A DNA stretch of 63,141 bases, the filler included, from Stramenopiles sp. TOSAG23-6 (Eukaryota), in assembly GCA_900128565.1 (NCBI GenBank). It is 10 parts of 10 records of this genome, joined end to end, with 100 filler letters (N's around TTAATTAATTAA, not from the genome) between each part and the next. Parts side by side here need not be neighbours in the genome. Positions count along the whole stretch, not along the records: positions 30,541 to 38,036 come from LT636558.1; positions 38,137 to 45,624 come from LT636559.1; positions 45,725 to 53,203 come from LT636560.1; 7 more parts are not named here. The stretch is one strand, 5' to 3'. The position numbers and the translations under genes are program-made. How positions within the stretch are numbered: the stretch's first letter is position 1; each line of letters starts with the position of its first letter. This document shows positions 35,144 to 46,535 of this stretch, piece by piece. The notes below the pieces were generated by a model that was not told the DNA's origin, made no database searches, and saw only the letters and a list, made by a program, of their open reading frames with translations.

Positions 35144-36303
35144 TTATTTTCTCTGATTTCTCTGATGTCTCTTATTTTCAAGTGTGTCAAACCAACTCTT
35201 GATTTTATCATTTACAATTTTACCACGCACGGATTCAAAAAAGTTTTCAAGTTTGATGCCATGCAGTTCCTCATATTCATTAGCCTGGAGACACATTTCA
35301 AATTTATCAATATCTTTAACAAGTAGACCCTCTGCTGATGCTTTTAGTTCATATTCCCACCAAAGCTTGGCAATGCGACCACCAACTTTAGGACCAAGCA
35401 TGTTTTGTGAAAAAAAAAATTGGATAAAAATCATTAGGTACAAAATTCTCTATGAAAAAAAAAATACATTTGAAATTTAAATGGACAACGCACATCTTTT
35501 CTATTTTTTCAATTGTTATTTTCTCACGTCTGTGTTTTTCCTCTTTAGATATACCATCAAATGGGGTAATATCACCAACAACTGCTTCTGCAATGTCATG
35601 AACTAAAGCTATGAGAACACATTTTTCAATATTTACAGATTCACCTTTTTCATCTTTTTCGTTCAATGCAAAAGCCAATAATGCCATTCGATACATATGA
35701 TCAGCAACGGACTCGCAATCACCAAACTTTATACCACAGCGTAACCACCCCGATCTCTTTTGTAGCTTTAATAGACCAATTAGACGGCAATAATCGAGGA
35801 TATCAGTGCCAAGAGTAGGTTCCTTAAAGGTAGAAACAATATTATTTTTTTTACAACTACTTGGAGAAACTGAAAAATTCAAATCATTTGATTTGGTAGC
35901 AACTCTAGAAACAGAATGCCCGGCTGATACAACTTTAGCAATCGCGAGCTCAACGTCACTAATTTTAGTCAAAAAGTAGTCTGTAGACTCTGTATTCCCA
36001 ATTGCTTGGTACGTTTTGCTTGGAAGATCAATATCCTCAAGCAAAAGTGATAAACTAGACATTCTACCTTTTATTTTAGGATATGTCACCTTGAATGCAG
36101 ACCAGTCTGAATCAATGACATAATCAGAAGTATCTTCTTTCAAGCGTTCAGTAAAACAAGAAGGAAAAATTATTGAAAACCCATCTCCAGTACGTGTAAT
36201 TGATACAAAAGGAGTATCTAAACCAAGTAGCCATAGCGGTGGTACTGAACCTAAAGGAAGACTCGCAAATGATAAGACATCTTCCAAGAGCGTCAAATGC
36301 ATT
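35144..36303 (-). CDS. HDDC2: HD-domain 5'-deoxynucleotidase (HDDC2-like) with an N-terminal CASTOR/ACT-like region; intron 35400-35493
   Basis: LK..KRSGW..ESVADHMYRM..ALVHDIAEAVVGDITP..LWWEYE..VKDIDKFEM..QA.EYE; N-terminal FVSITRT.D.FSII. Confidence 0.85.
35400..35493 (-). mobile_element. Family intron (GT..AT)
   Basis: AAG AT|GTGCGT...TACCTAAT...CACAAAACAT|G CTT GGT restores the HD-domain frame; the next AG is out of phase. Confidence 0.8.
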
Positions 36304-36619
36304 GTTGATAGTGAATAAATAAGAAAAAATAATACGGTCTGTGCGAATTTGTTGAAAGAAAGAATTTTTTGAGATAACATTTTGAGAAGAACTTCAACTT
36401 GAACTGGCCTTGAACTGAAAATAAATACCGGTACCGGGTTCCCTAAAAGTTTAATCGCGATTAATTTTTTTGATGTTCTAGTTCACATCGACATGATGTC
36501 TTTTTTATACTTTTTGAAAAAACAGATGATCTCTATTCTATTTAGATTTGAATAATAAGCTTAATCCTGCTTCACGTATTGTCAAGGTTGATTGCTGTGT
36601 CTCTAATCAATTCTAAGTG

Positions 36620-37970
36620 ATGTCTTCGTCAGATGATTTGGCTCTTTTATCATGGGTAAATTCGCTAAGCTCCCTGCATGGTGAACCTGAAGCGACCTCG
36701 TTTTCGGACTTAAGTAGAGGATTACTTCTCTGCAAATTATTTGGAAACGTCACGGGAGAAGAGGATATGGTGAATGAGGTAAATGCTGCATTATCATCAT
36801 CGAACACAACTGAATGTTTCAAAGTCGTTACGAAAGGATTGGGTCGTCACTATGGCTGTAATTTTGACGATATTGAAGAACTTTTAACTTCAAATGGAAA
36901 CGATCAAGCTGACGCACTACGGGAATTGGTGCAGTTAATACTGGGTTGTGCTGTCCAAGGACCTCGTGCAGGTGAAATTGTCAATGGAATTATGTCACTT
37001 GCGAAACAAATCCAGACGCCATTGATGGTTGCAATTCAGGCTATTCAAGCAACATATGCTGGTAGTGAGTCTGAAACTGCTTCGGACGTTGATTCTGAAG
37101 CCGATGACTCTACTGAGATTTCTTTTGACATTTCAGTATCAGAACTGGATAAAGTTAAAACATCAGTAGATACAGTAAGTGACTCTGAAAATGATAAACC
37201 ATATTCTGTAGATGGTAATTCTAAAAATCAAAACATACCACAACAAAATTCAAAAAAATCTTCAACGATACTTCAAACACCAATCGAAAAAAAATCCAAT
37301 ACACTCAACCATGAAAGTAACGAAAAATCTCATAGTTTATCTTTACTAAAATCATCTGTATTTAGTAGTGAGATTACTACAGAATTGACCGAACAAGTTG
37401 ATTCGCTCACATCAGAAAACACCATTTTGCGACAACAAGTTGCAACTCTTTCAAAGACGTCCTTAGATGCAAAGCAAGAATTGGAAAGATTAAAACTCAA
37501 TCAAGAAAAAAAAGATAACATTGACCAAAGGTCACGAAATATAAAACAAAGTAAAGCTCTTGCTGAAATTATTTCTCGGGAAAAAACTCTTTTAAAGCAA
37601 CTTGAAGATTTGACACAAACAGTGAAACAAAAAGATGCTGAACTTTTTTCTTTGCGAGAAGAATGTGAAAGTACGAACCCTCTGTGCGTTTTTACAGTAT
37701 GAATTTTTTATAGTATGAATTTTTTATAGTATGATTTTTTTTTGGTACGAAATGTTCTACTTTACAATTTTATTTAATTTTTTTTTTTTTTTGGTTTTTG
37801 GTAGAAAATTCCGTACCTAACGAATTTCAAACTGTAAAACATATTTATTACAATACCTACGAAATGAAGTGGAGACACTAAGAGAAAATCTTGACGTTTT
37901 TCGAAGCCAGGCAGCTCGTTGTGCAAAGGCTGAAAGTCAAATAGCAAAGTATAAAGAAAGACTTGAGGAT
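36620..37970 (+). CDS. HOOK-like protein (CH domain plus coiled coil), 3' truncated; introns 37684-37858 and 37971 onward
   Basis: ALLSWVNS..FSDLSRG..L, LILGCAVQ..I..IMSL...Q..LM..IQ. Confidence 0.7.
37684..37858 (+). mobile_element. Family intron (GT..CT)
   Basis: CCT CT|GTGCGT...TACCTAAC...CAATACCT|A CGA AAT gives PLRNEVETLRENLD; CT duplicated at both ends. Confidence 0.7.
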
Positions 37971-38136
37971 GTATATTTTATTTTTTTTTTTTTGTATGAA
38001 TTTTTTTTTCGTACGAAATTTTGTACCTAACGAATTNNNNNNNNNNNNNNNNNNNNNNNNNNNNNNNNNNNNNNNNNNNNTTAATTAATTAANNNNNNNN
38101 NNNNNNNNNNNNNNNNNNNNNNNNNNNNNNNNNNNN

Positions 38137-39767
38137 TTTCGGAATTTATCAAGTACAAAATTTGGTACATATTGAAGACCATTAGACGATATATTAATAA
38201 TGGAAACCTTATTCAAGACATCCATATTATTAAGTGCATCAAGTAATGATGTTTCATTTGTCATACAATTTTGTAAATTCAACAAACCTGTTGACATAGC
38301 ATCTCGTACAATGACACGAAAATTGACTCCTATACTTTCTGTATCTTCTTTTTCATATGCATCATTAAAATCTTTTGTACATGTATTTTGGAAAAATATT
38401 TGAAAAAAAAAATCTAAAATTTGTTAGGTACAAACTTTCGTACGAAAATATAAATTCGAAATTGAAAAAAAAATAAAACATACAATTACTTTCTACAATA
38501 TTCATAGAATTGAAATTTGGCGGTGGTCCACGAGATCGTAAATATTTTTTCAATGCTGATGTTGGTCCTGTTAATAATGTCCTACGAATTCGACGTAAAG
38601 AATTTCCATCACACGAAATTCGTCGCAAACTTTTAATGTAACCCATGTATTGGAAAAAAAATATTTTTTTTTTTTTTTTTTGTTGTGAAAACATATTTTT
38701 ATTAATCAAATTTGAAAGTTGTTAGGAACGAAATGTTTCTAGTACAAAGAAATCACTTTGAAATTGAAATAAAAACGTGTAAAAAAAAAATAAATTCGAA
38801 ATTAAAATGAACACGTACATATTTCTATTGGAATAGTTTCAAGTTTGTTGTGAGATACACCAAATGTAGATAAACCTGTTGCATTCATGATTTGTTGGCC
38901 AAATATTTTATCAATATTATTAAAATCTACACTTGCTTGTTTTAGATGAGGAGATTTTGGTAAAGTAGGCATTCGTTTTAATTGATTTTGTCTTATATCT
39001 AACAAAGTGATTTTATGCATGGGTAAGAGAACCTCATTAGGTATAGAGTTTATATTATTATGATCAATTTCTAATTGTTCAATATTTACTAAATGACTAA
39101 ATGTAAAAGGTATTGTACATATATTGTTCTTTTTCAAACATAATTTTACAAGACCTGACATATTGACACCAAAATCACCTAAATCAGTAATTTGGTTTTC
39201 TGCAAAAGATATCGATTTGACGCACGGTAATAAAAAACCTAATCCAGACGGTATTTTTTTCAGTTTATTTCCATCTAACGATATCTTGGCAAGTGAAATA
39301 AGACCGGTAAGCGTCTCTTTTTTCAGCTCCGTGATACGGTTAAACGAAGCATCCAACTCTTTTAACAATTCCAAATCAGCACCGAACGAGTCTGGAAGAC
39401 TCTCGAGTTGGTTGTGAGAAATTTTAAGCGTCAACAATTTATCTAGGCGTGGCAGAGAATCTGGTAAAGCTGAAATAACATTATGACTCAAGTCAAGCTT
39501 TTGAAGAGCAACAAAGTGCCAAAATTTTACCGGTTCTGAGAAAGAGTTATTCTTTTTCTTATTTTCTGGGGTGTAATTGTAATTTTCAAGATCAAATATT
39601 TCAGCCGGACATTTCAATAGGCCCAAGTCAACAAGACTCAAATTTCCCGACAAGCGCGCCGCATGGAACCGAGCCCCAAGAGATTTGGGTGCAATGCTAC
39701 TATTACCACGGTCAGAAAAAGCCTTCTTGTACATCGCCAATGAACGATGGGAATTTGAAGCAGCCAT
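38137..39767 (-). CDS. Leucine-rich repeat protein, LRRC40-like (3' truncated); introns 38381-38483 and 38645-38818
   Basis: ARLSGNLSL, FW..LQKLDLSHN, GNSLRRIRR..L..T..LKKYLRSR. Confidence 0.8.
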
Positions 39768-39893
39768 TTTGCGTATTTTTTGTGTTGAAAAGAAAAGATG
39801 ACCCATTTTTTTTTTTTTTGTTTTTTTTGATTGCGATTGACGAGCAAACCTGCTTGCGTACAAAAAAAAATTTGTTAGTCAGCTGACACGTGC

Positions 39894-42800
39894 CTTGAAT
39901 GCCTTTGCAAAAGCTAAGCATGCCAGTGTTGAAAGAGAAACACTATTATAGTTCTCAAGATCAGCAGAGAGAAATCAAAGTACACAACAAAGCAATTACA
40001 TTATTGTTCATATTTTACTGCTGCCACAATGGCAGCAGGAATACCACAATGGTAAGGAGTATCCACTATGGATGCTCCTAGTATGTTTTCAGTGTAATTG
40101 TGAAGCATACTGACTGTGGAGTTAACACAATAGTCAACAAGATTACATTTAACCTGTGAGCCACAATGGTGTATCAGGAGTAACCACTATGGATACTGTA
40201 TGGTCTAATGTTGTACATTGTTAAAAATGTATATAACAAAATGCATGGTTCTTAGAGTATTATTCACTATTTTCTCTGGAACTATGTACAAGAGGTACCT
40301 GAGTCTACAAAAAGTTCTGCCACATCTCTTTTGGATACAGGCAACACCAGCAATGGTGTACCCTTGAAAGCCCAAGAAAAAGGAGATTGTGACATGAACT
40401 GTAGTACTGGTGGTGGTGATGGTGTTGATTTGACTGAACTTTGTAAAGAATGTAAACATAATTTACAACAGTTTTTGAAGAAATTTTATCAATTTATTGG
40501 AGAAAACTGTAAAATGGCTACAAAAAATGAAGTCAAATATTGGTTGAATGATTCCAAGAAATGTTGTCCAAGGTTTGGTGCATTTCAAGTGACTAAGGGA
40601 TGGAAAATACTCTTTTCAGTTATGATCAAATTTTCAAAGGTTGTTGTGATAGTCATCATAACTGTCAACAACACTGTCTCACATCAAACTTTTTTTTTTT
40701 TGGTATCAACACACACACAACACACAGTAGTCCTACTTTCTCTTCCATAAAGTATATTTTTCAAGTATGGATGGTTCACATAATACTCCTGATGATTACC
40801 ATAAGATAAAGGATTTGTTGGAATATCAAGTTGGAGAAATAGTTGGAGATCCACCTACAAAAGAACAAAGAAAAGAACAATTGAGACCTTATCTTGTTCT
40901 GAAGCAAATCACAAGTAAGCCTGGAAAAAAAAAAGCTTGTAAACCAAATGAAAGTCAAAAAGAAATAATTCAAGAACATCTTAAAAAACCAATGAAAATT
41001 GAATGGTTATTCTGTAGCCTTGAGTTACTCCCCAAGAATTAAATTCAACAAACTTAAACAATATGTAAATTATATGAGATGCAACTGGGACATTTGCCAA
41101 GTCTTGCCTTCAATTTGTGAGGAAATATATGACCAGCAGCCACTATATGTAATACTGGTAGCTCCAGAGGACTCAGTCATCCAGTCATCAAAAGGAATAA
41201 TGTACACCAAAAAAGGTGAGGTGTATTGCTTCCAAATCAGGGGTCATGTCTTTGGCAAAGCTGCAGCAGTGATAAATTATTCCAGCACATCAGTAGACAT
41301 ATGAAAACAAAAACATTTACTTCTGATGGGTTAAAAAAAGCAGTACAAAGTGTGATGGTTAATGAAGGAAACTTTGTTGTCAGGGAATCTCCAACTCATG
41401 GACTTGGAGTATTTGTTAAGGATGACATTGGTGCTGATGTTTATATACTGATGTATAAAGGGAAAAAGATTACTGTTCCTAAAGATGGATCTGTGTTAAT
41501 GAACAACTTTCTCTTCACATTGTGTGAAAATGATGACACCTGCGATTGTGTGGACCCAGAACCACTCATGGTTTCCCATGAACCAAATTCTCCTGGGTAC
41601 CCAACTGCAGCCCACATCAATGGTGCCACCAGTGGGAAAAAACCAAACGTTGCTGCTTTTGTGTTTCAAACAAATCTTTTGAAAGGTTCAATTTCAGAGA
41701 AAGAAAATGAACTCTTATGCAACAATAATGGTGAAATTGTTGAAAGAGTTATCCTTATTTTACATAAATGTGTAAACTTTGCAGAATTATTACATGCTAA
41801 ATTAAAATTGGATTGTATTTCAACATCACATTTTAGATTTGAAGGAGAAAAACTTACAAAACAAAGATTATCATCCAACAAAGATATCAAACAAGAGAAG
41901 TTGTAAAATCTGTAATGCAAAATCACTGTAGAAGCATGCTTCAAAAATCTGTGTCTTGTAAGACTGTGATGTTGGAAAAACAATTGCTGATACAAGAACA
42001 TTGGGAAAATAACCAATGTGTACAAGGGCAATTGATGCACACTGATCTGTATATAGATGAAGATAGCACTTACACAACCACTGAAAATAAAACAAAAAAA
42101 GAAATCAAAAAACCCCAAAAAAAAAACAAGGTGTATCATTCCCAAAATCTATAGATGCCCATTCAGTGATTCTTACAACTAAACAACATTCAAGAATGTT
42201 AGTCATTCCTTGTGGTCATATGTACAAGTGGAGAAATAATGACAAAGGAGAATCTCAAAAGTTTTTTAAAGAAATTGTTCAGAAGGGTGGTGTCTGTGAA
42301 GTAACAATGTCCTTCAGCTTATGAGAGATACTGTCACATCTTCTTCAGATACAGTCATAGACTTGTCTATGGACAAATGGGTTTACTTTTGCTGTAAATG
42401 TAAACCAAATATACCAGTGAATACAACCCATGTTGTAAATATAAAAAAGACAATAGAAATATCAATTGTAAATGACAAAAAATGTGATTGTTCTCTTTGT
42501 ATATTACAGGATAGCTCATGGTTATTACATACATATGCAAGCTTGCTATGTGCAAATGGTCCAGGTAATGGAACAACTTCAAAAGAATGCTCCAGCACAA
42601 ATAGCAAAAAGCCTTCAAAATGAAATGAATTTTTTCAAATCAAAATTATGATTGCTAGAAGTTGATTCAGAAGAGGCTATTCAAATTTCTAATAAAATCC
42701 AACAATTGAAGGATAGAAATGTGAAACTGTGGGATATTGAGACTGGTATCTTGTTCAAAATCTTTGAGGCTCAAAAGAGATTGATGCCTATATCACAGAA

Positions 42801-43330
42801 CACTTTTTACCAACGCACAAAAAAACTATTTGTATTGATACAAAGTATTGGGGAAAATACATTCCAATCCAAAAAAAAAAAGCCGAAATCACAAAGGCAA
42901 AAAAATCTGGATGACCAATGGTTTTTTGGATACATATAAAGTTGGAGCTGAATTCATGATGCATCAGGAATAGGGATATGAAGCAGCTGTGAAGCATATT
43001 ATTGAAGTAGCAAAAGAAACCCTTGTAGTCTTGATGCATTCTCCAATGGTTAACTTTAACCTTTTAACCAACAGAATAACCAAAGAAAATATTATGGTAA
43101 ACAGCCAAAATCAAATCTCATCAAAATTGTTAAAAGACTTGAAAAGGATTATACTGATTACATATCATCTGGTAAGTAAAAAGTAAGTATCAGTATACTA
43201 GTTTTTGATATATACTAACAGCCAAATTTGAATACCAATAAATCCAGCATACATCTAATTTTATTGGAAAAATAAGAAAAATAAAAAATCAATTCAAATT
43301 ATAAATCTAATTAACTTTATATTCCTCTTC
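39894..43330 (+). mobile_element. Degenerate CpG-depleted element with reverse-transcriptase-like and SET-like remnants
   Basis: About 4 CpG in 3.4 kb; broken ORFs; D..QV.P and GHVFGKAAAVINY (RT-like); ESPTHGLGVF..MYKG..AAHIN (SET-like). Confidence 0.55.
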
Positions 43331-43476
43331 TCCCAATCTGAAATCATTTTTGTTTTTTTTTCTCTTTTTCCGATTTCGTGTTTTCGTTTTAACCGTCGCG
43401 TTTCGGGAGAGTATCTTCTACTCTTACTAAGATATAATATAATTAATAAGAAAGTCTTCATTATCTATTCTTTGAA

Positions 43477-43941
43477 ATGGCACTTTCTCAATATAGTGGA
43501 ATTAATTTTTCTGACAATGAACTTGAGCGATATAAAGAAGCTTTTTCTTTATTTGACAAAGACGGTTCGGGTACGATAAGTACACGAGAATTAGGAAGTG
43601 TTTTTAGAGTACTTGGACAGAACCCAACAGATGGTGAGTTATACGACGCTATTCAGGAGTATGACCAACGAAAGACAGGGAAACTTACTCTACAACAATT
43701 TCTACAATTAGCTTCAATGAAGGGATCTTATACAGATACAAAGGAAAGCTTTGTTTCTGCTTTTAGTATACTAGATGCAAAGGCGTCTGGGTATGTCGAC
43801 GCTAGAGAACTCATGCAATTAATAACAACTTTGGGTGAAAAACTTTCAGAAGACGAGGCAGAGATATTGGTACGAAATGTAGGTATAGATAGTTTAGGTC
43901 GTGTTAATGTTATGAAACTGGTGCAGACGTTGCAGTCATGA
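43477..43941 (+). CDS. Calmodulin-like / myosin light chain EF-hand protein
   Basis: [28 protein letters not shown]. Confidence 0.9.
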   Translation: MALSQYSGINFSDNELERYKEAFSLFDKDGSGTISTRELGSVFRVLGQNPTDGELYDAIQEYDQRKTGKLTLQQFLQLASMKGSYTDTKESFVSAFSILDAKASGYVDARELMQLITTLGEKLSEDEAEILVRNVGIDSLGRVNVMKLVQTLQS

Positions 43942-44223
43942 CTATATTCAAGTTGATTTGTTTTCGAAATATTTTGAAAATTACAAAAAAAAAAATTAAT
44001 ATTCAAAACTGAAATAAAGTGACTTATACACATTTTTATCGTTATTTGTAAAAAAACAACAATACCAATATAAAATATCACACGTATAATATAAATCTAC
44101 AAATGAACAAAATAATAATTTATATCATATTCCCACAGTTAAAACAAATAAAAAAGAGACACTACAACTAAATTGCTATAATTTCCTAAAGACGTGGTTG
44201 GAATTATTTTGTATTTTTGTTGT

Positions 44224-45078
44224 TTATGAACGAAATCTTCGTATTTTCCTACGGGGAGCATTTGATTGATCTTCATCTCTAGTAGTATTCCTATCATTAT
44301 TATTGTTGTTTTCTTCGTCTCTCCGAATTTCTGCTAATCTTGCTCTGCGAGCTGAAGCACTACTCTCTCCATTATTTTCGCTATGCTCATCATAATCATC
44401 TCTGTTGATGGCGTCAGCATTATTTTCATTATCCTCTTCATATCGAGCAGCAGCTGCAGCTTGTGATGCACTCAAGTTTTGTTTAGCAAGAGCTGCGAAC
44501 CTTGCAGCAGCATCTGGAGTCGCAAATTTATTGAAGGACGTTAAACTAGATGTAAAAAAGTCTCGAACCATATGAATTTCCATAGCAGAAACGTTGTTCA
44601 TTTTTATTGCGTTGGGTACATCCCCATCGGCAGTACGCTGTAATACAATTCCCATACCTTTTCGAATCTTTTCCTGTCGGACGTTTTGTAAATCCATCAG
44701 GAGAGTCATTACCTTTTGTGACTCTTTTATATCGTCTGGTGCTGCATCCAAAAGTAAGCTTCCTATTTCAACGTAGTGATACGCTAATGGTACAAAACCT
44801 GGTTCATTTCTTTCTTTTTCTAGAAGGTGTGCGATATTTTCAGCTTCAAGCCATTCCGGACATTGTATTTGACAACGTTGATTTTGTTTCAAGTACACCG
44901 CTAACCATAAGGGAACATCTACTGGAATACTAGGATCGAGAGGACCATAGTCTCCAGAAATAAAGTGGAAAGTTTTACTTTTAAAATTAGGAATAATCGT
45001 AATCAGCTCATCCTCCGCCATGAATTCAAGAAACGCTGCCGTCGGACGGTTCCTATCATTGTGCGATGACTCATTCAT
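44224..45078 (-). CDS. PSF2: GINS complex subunit Psf2
   Basis: EFMAEDE.ITIIPNF..FISG..GP..VPLWLAVYLK..C.I..PEWL; R..KIR.G. Confidence 0.93.
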   Translation of the reverse strand: MNESSHNDRNRPTAAFLEFMAEDELITIIPNFKSKTFHFISGDYGPLDPSIPVDVPLWLAVYLKQNQRCQIQCPEWLEAENIAHLLEKERNEPGFVPLAYHYVEIGSLLLDAAPDDIKESQKVMTLLMDLQNVRQEKIRKGMGIVLQRTADGDVPNAIKMNNVSAMEIHMVRDFFTSSLTSFNKFATPDAAARFAALAKQNLSASQAAAAARYEEDNENNADAINRDDYDEHSENNGESSASARRARLAEIRRDEENNNNNDRNTTRDEDQSNAPRRKIRRFRS

Positions 45079-45804
45079 TTGTAATGCTTCTTCTTAATGC
45101 CAAGAAGAGAGAGAGAGAGAGATAGAAGATTGAGATTATAATAGACAGAAGTAGTCAAGTCCATCAAAAAATGACAGAGACCGCTTCGAAATCAAATGCC
45201 ACGTGTCGAACGAACAAAGAAGAAAATTAACTTATTAATAACGGTTATTAACTTATTCACTTATTAAACTTATTATACCAAAACGAACTTTGAACTGTCG
45301 AATTTGCTGCCATTCGCTTTAGGCTACTACCTACAGCTATTATATTATATATACTATATTGTAGGCTATTACTAGCATTAGCTAGCTACTAAGCTCTAGA
45401 TAGAGATATCAAAAGATATACTACTACACATTACATAGAATTGTAGAGCAATAAATGTGTTTGACATGAATCATCCACTTCATTCCAACTTTTCAAGTTC
45501 AACAACTAGTTTTAATACAGGAATGATAATAGTGGGACCAGGAGGGCTTCTAAATCGACGAAGAAAAGCTGCTATTAAAATACAAGCTCTATGCCGAGGG
45601 AATGAAACACGCCAAAGACACATANNNNNNNNNNNNNNNNNNNNNNNNNNNNNNNNNNNNNNNNNNNNTTAATTAATTAANNNNNNNNNNNNNNNNNNNN
45701 NNNNNNNNNNNNNNNNNNNNNNNNAAAAATATTTCAAAAAAAATCGTTAGGTACAAAATTTACTATAAAAAAAAAATTCGAAATTAAAAAAAAAAAAAAC
45801 ATAC

Positions 45805-46258
45805 CACCTCGTAGAGCAAAACGATTTTTGAATCTTTCCAATTTATGAGCTGCTTTGCTACCCATACGCGCCATATCATCTGGTGCTTTTATGTGTAAGG
45901 GCCATTTCATTAAGGCTTCAGCTACATCTTCAATACCTATTTTGTGATCGTTTGACAGAAAATCACTGAAACCAAAAGCACTACCATCTTTGTAGCTAGT
46001 GCGACTAACACAAGCAGTAGGTGCAGTGTAAGGAATATTTTTAGCATTCAAAGTGGCATTACACTGATCATTACTGAATTGATATATTGGAAGAGCTATC
46101 TGAATGAATATGTAGAATAAACTGAGTACTATAGTGAGGATAATTGTTTCAACAGTGAAAGAATCCGGAGCGATGCTGCTCGAACGACGACGGCTGATTC
46201 CTTGTTTCATACTTTTCTTTTCACTACTAAATGTTGATGTATTGGTAATACTAGACAT
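45805..46258 (-). CDS. Membrane protein, first exon (3' truncated by a family intron at 45725-45804)
   Basis: ORF with a TM segment ending at GGT G|GTATGT..TACCTAAC. Confidence 0.55.
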
Positions 46259-46535
46259 TTATTTTGTATATTTTACAGAAATATGAAATATCTTAAAAGG
46301 GATAGCATAATGATTTCATTCTTTTTCTTTGATACAGAATAAATCAGAAAAACAAAGTTCAACTGTAAAAAAGACCGCCTGTGCCTGCAAAATAACTGTG
46401 AGAAATTTCCTAGTTACCGGGTATCCTATAATAATTATTAAAATATTTAAAAAATTAAATTCAACACCATTAAATTTTATGTGAATAGTAAATCTTAAAT
46501 CTTATATCTGTGGTTAGGTAGAGTCTGTGTTGAAT

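Noticed and set aside
38645-38818. LRR intron whose phases do not fit the family rule
   Set aside because: Contains one apparent intron end followed by poly-A and a second end; probably two introns collapsed with a lost exon, so not used as evidence
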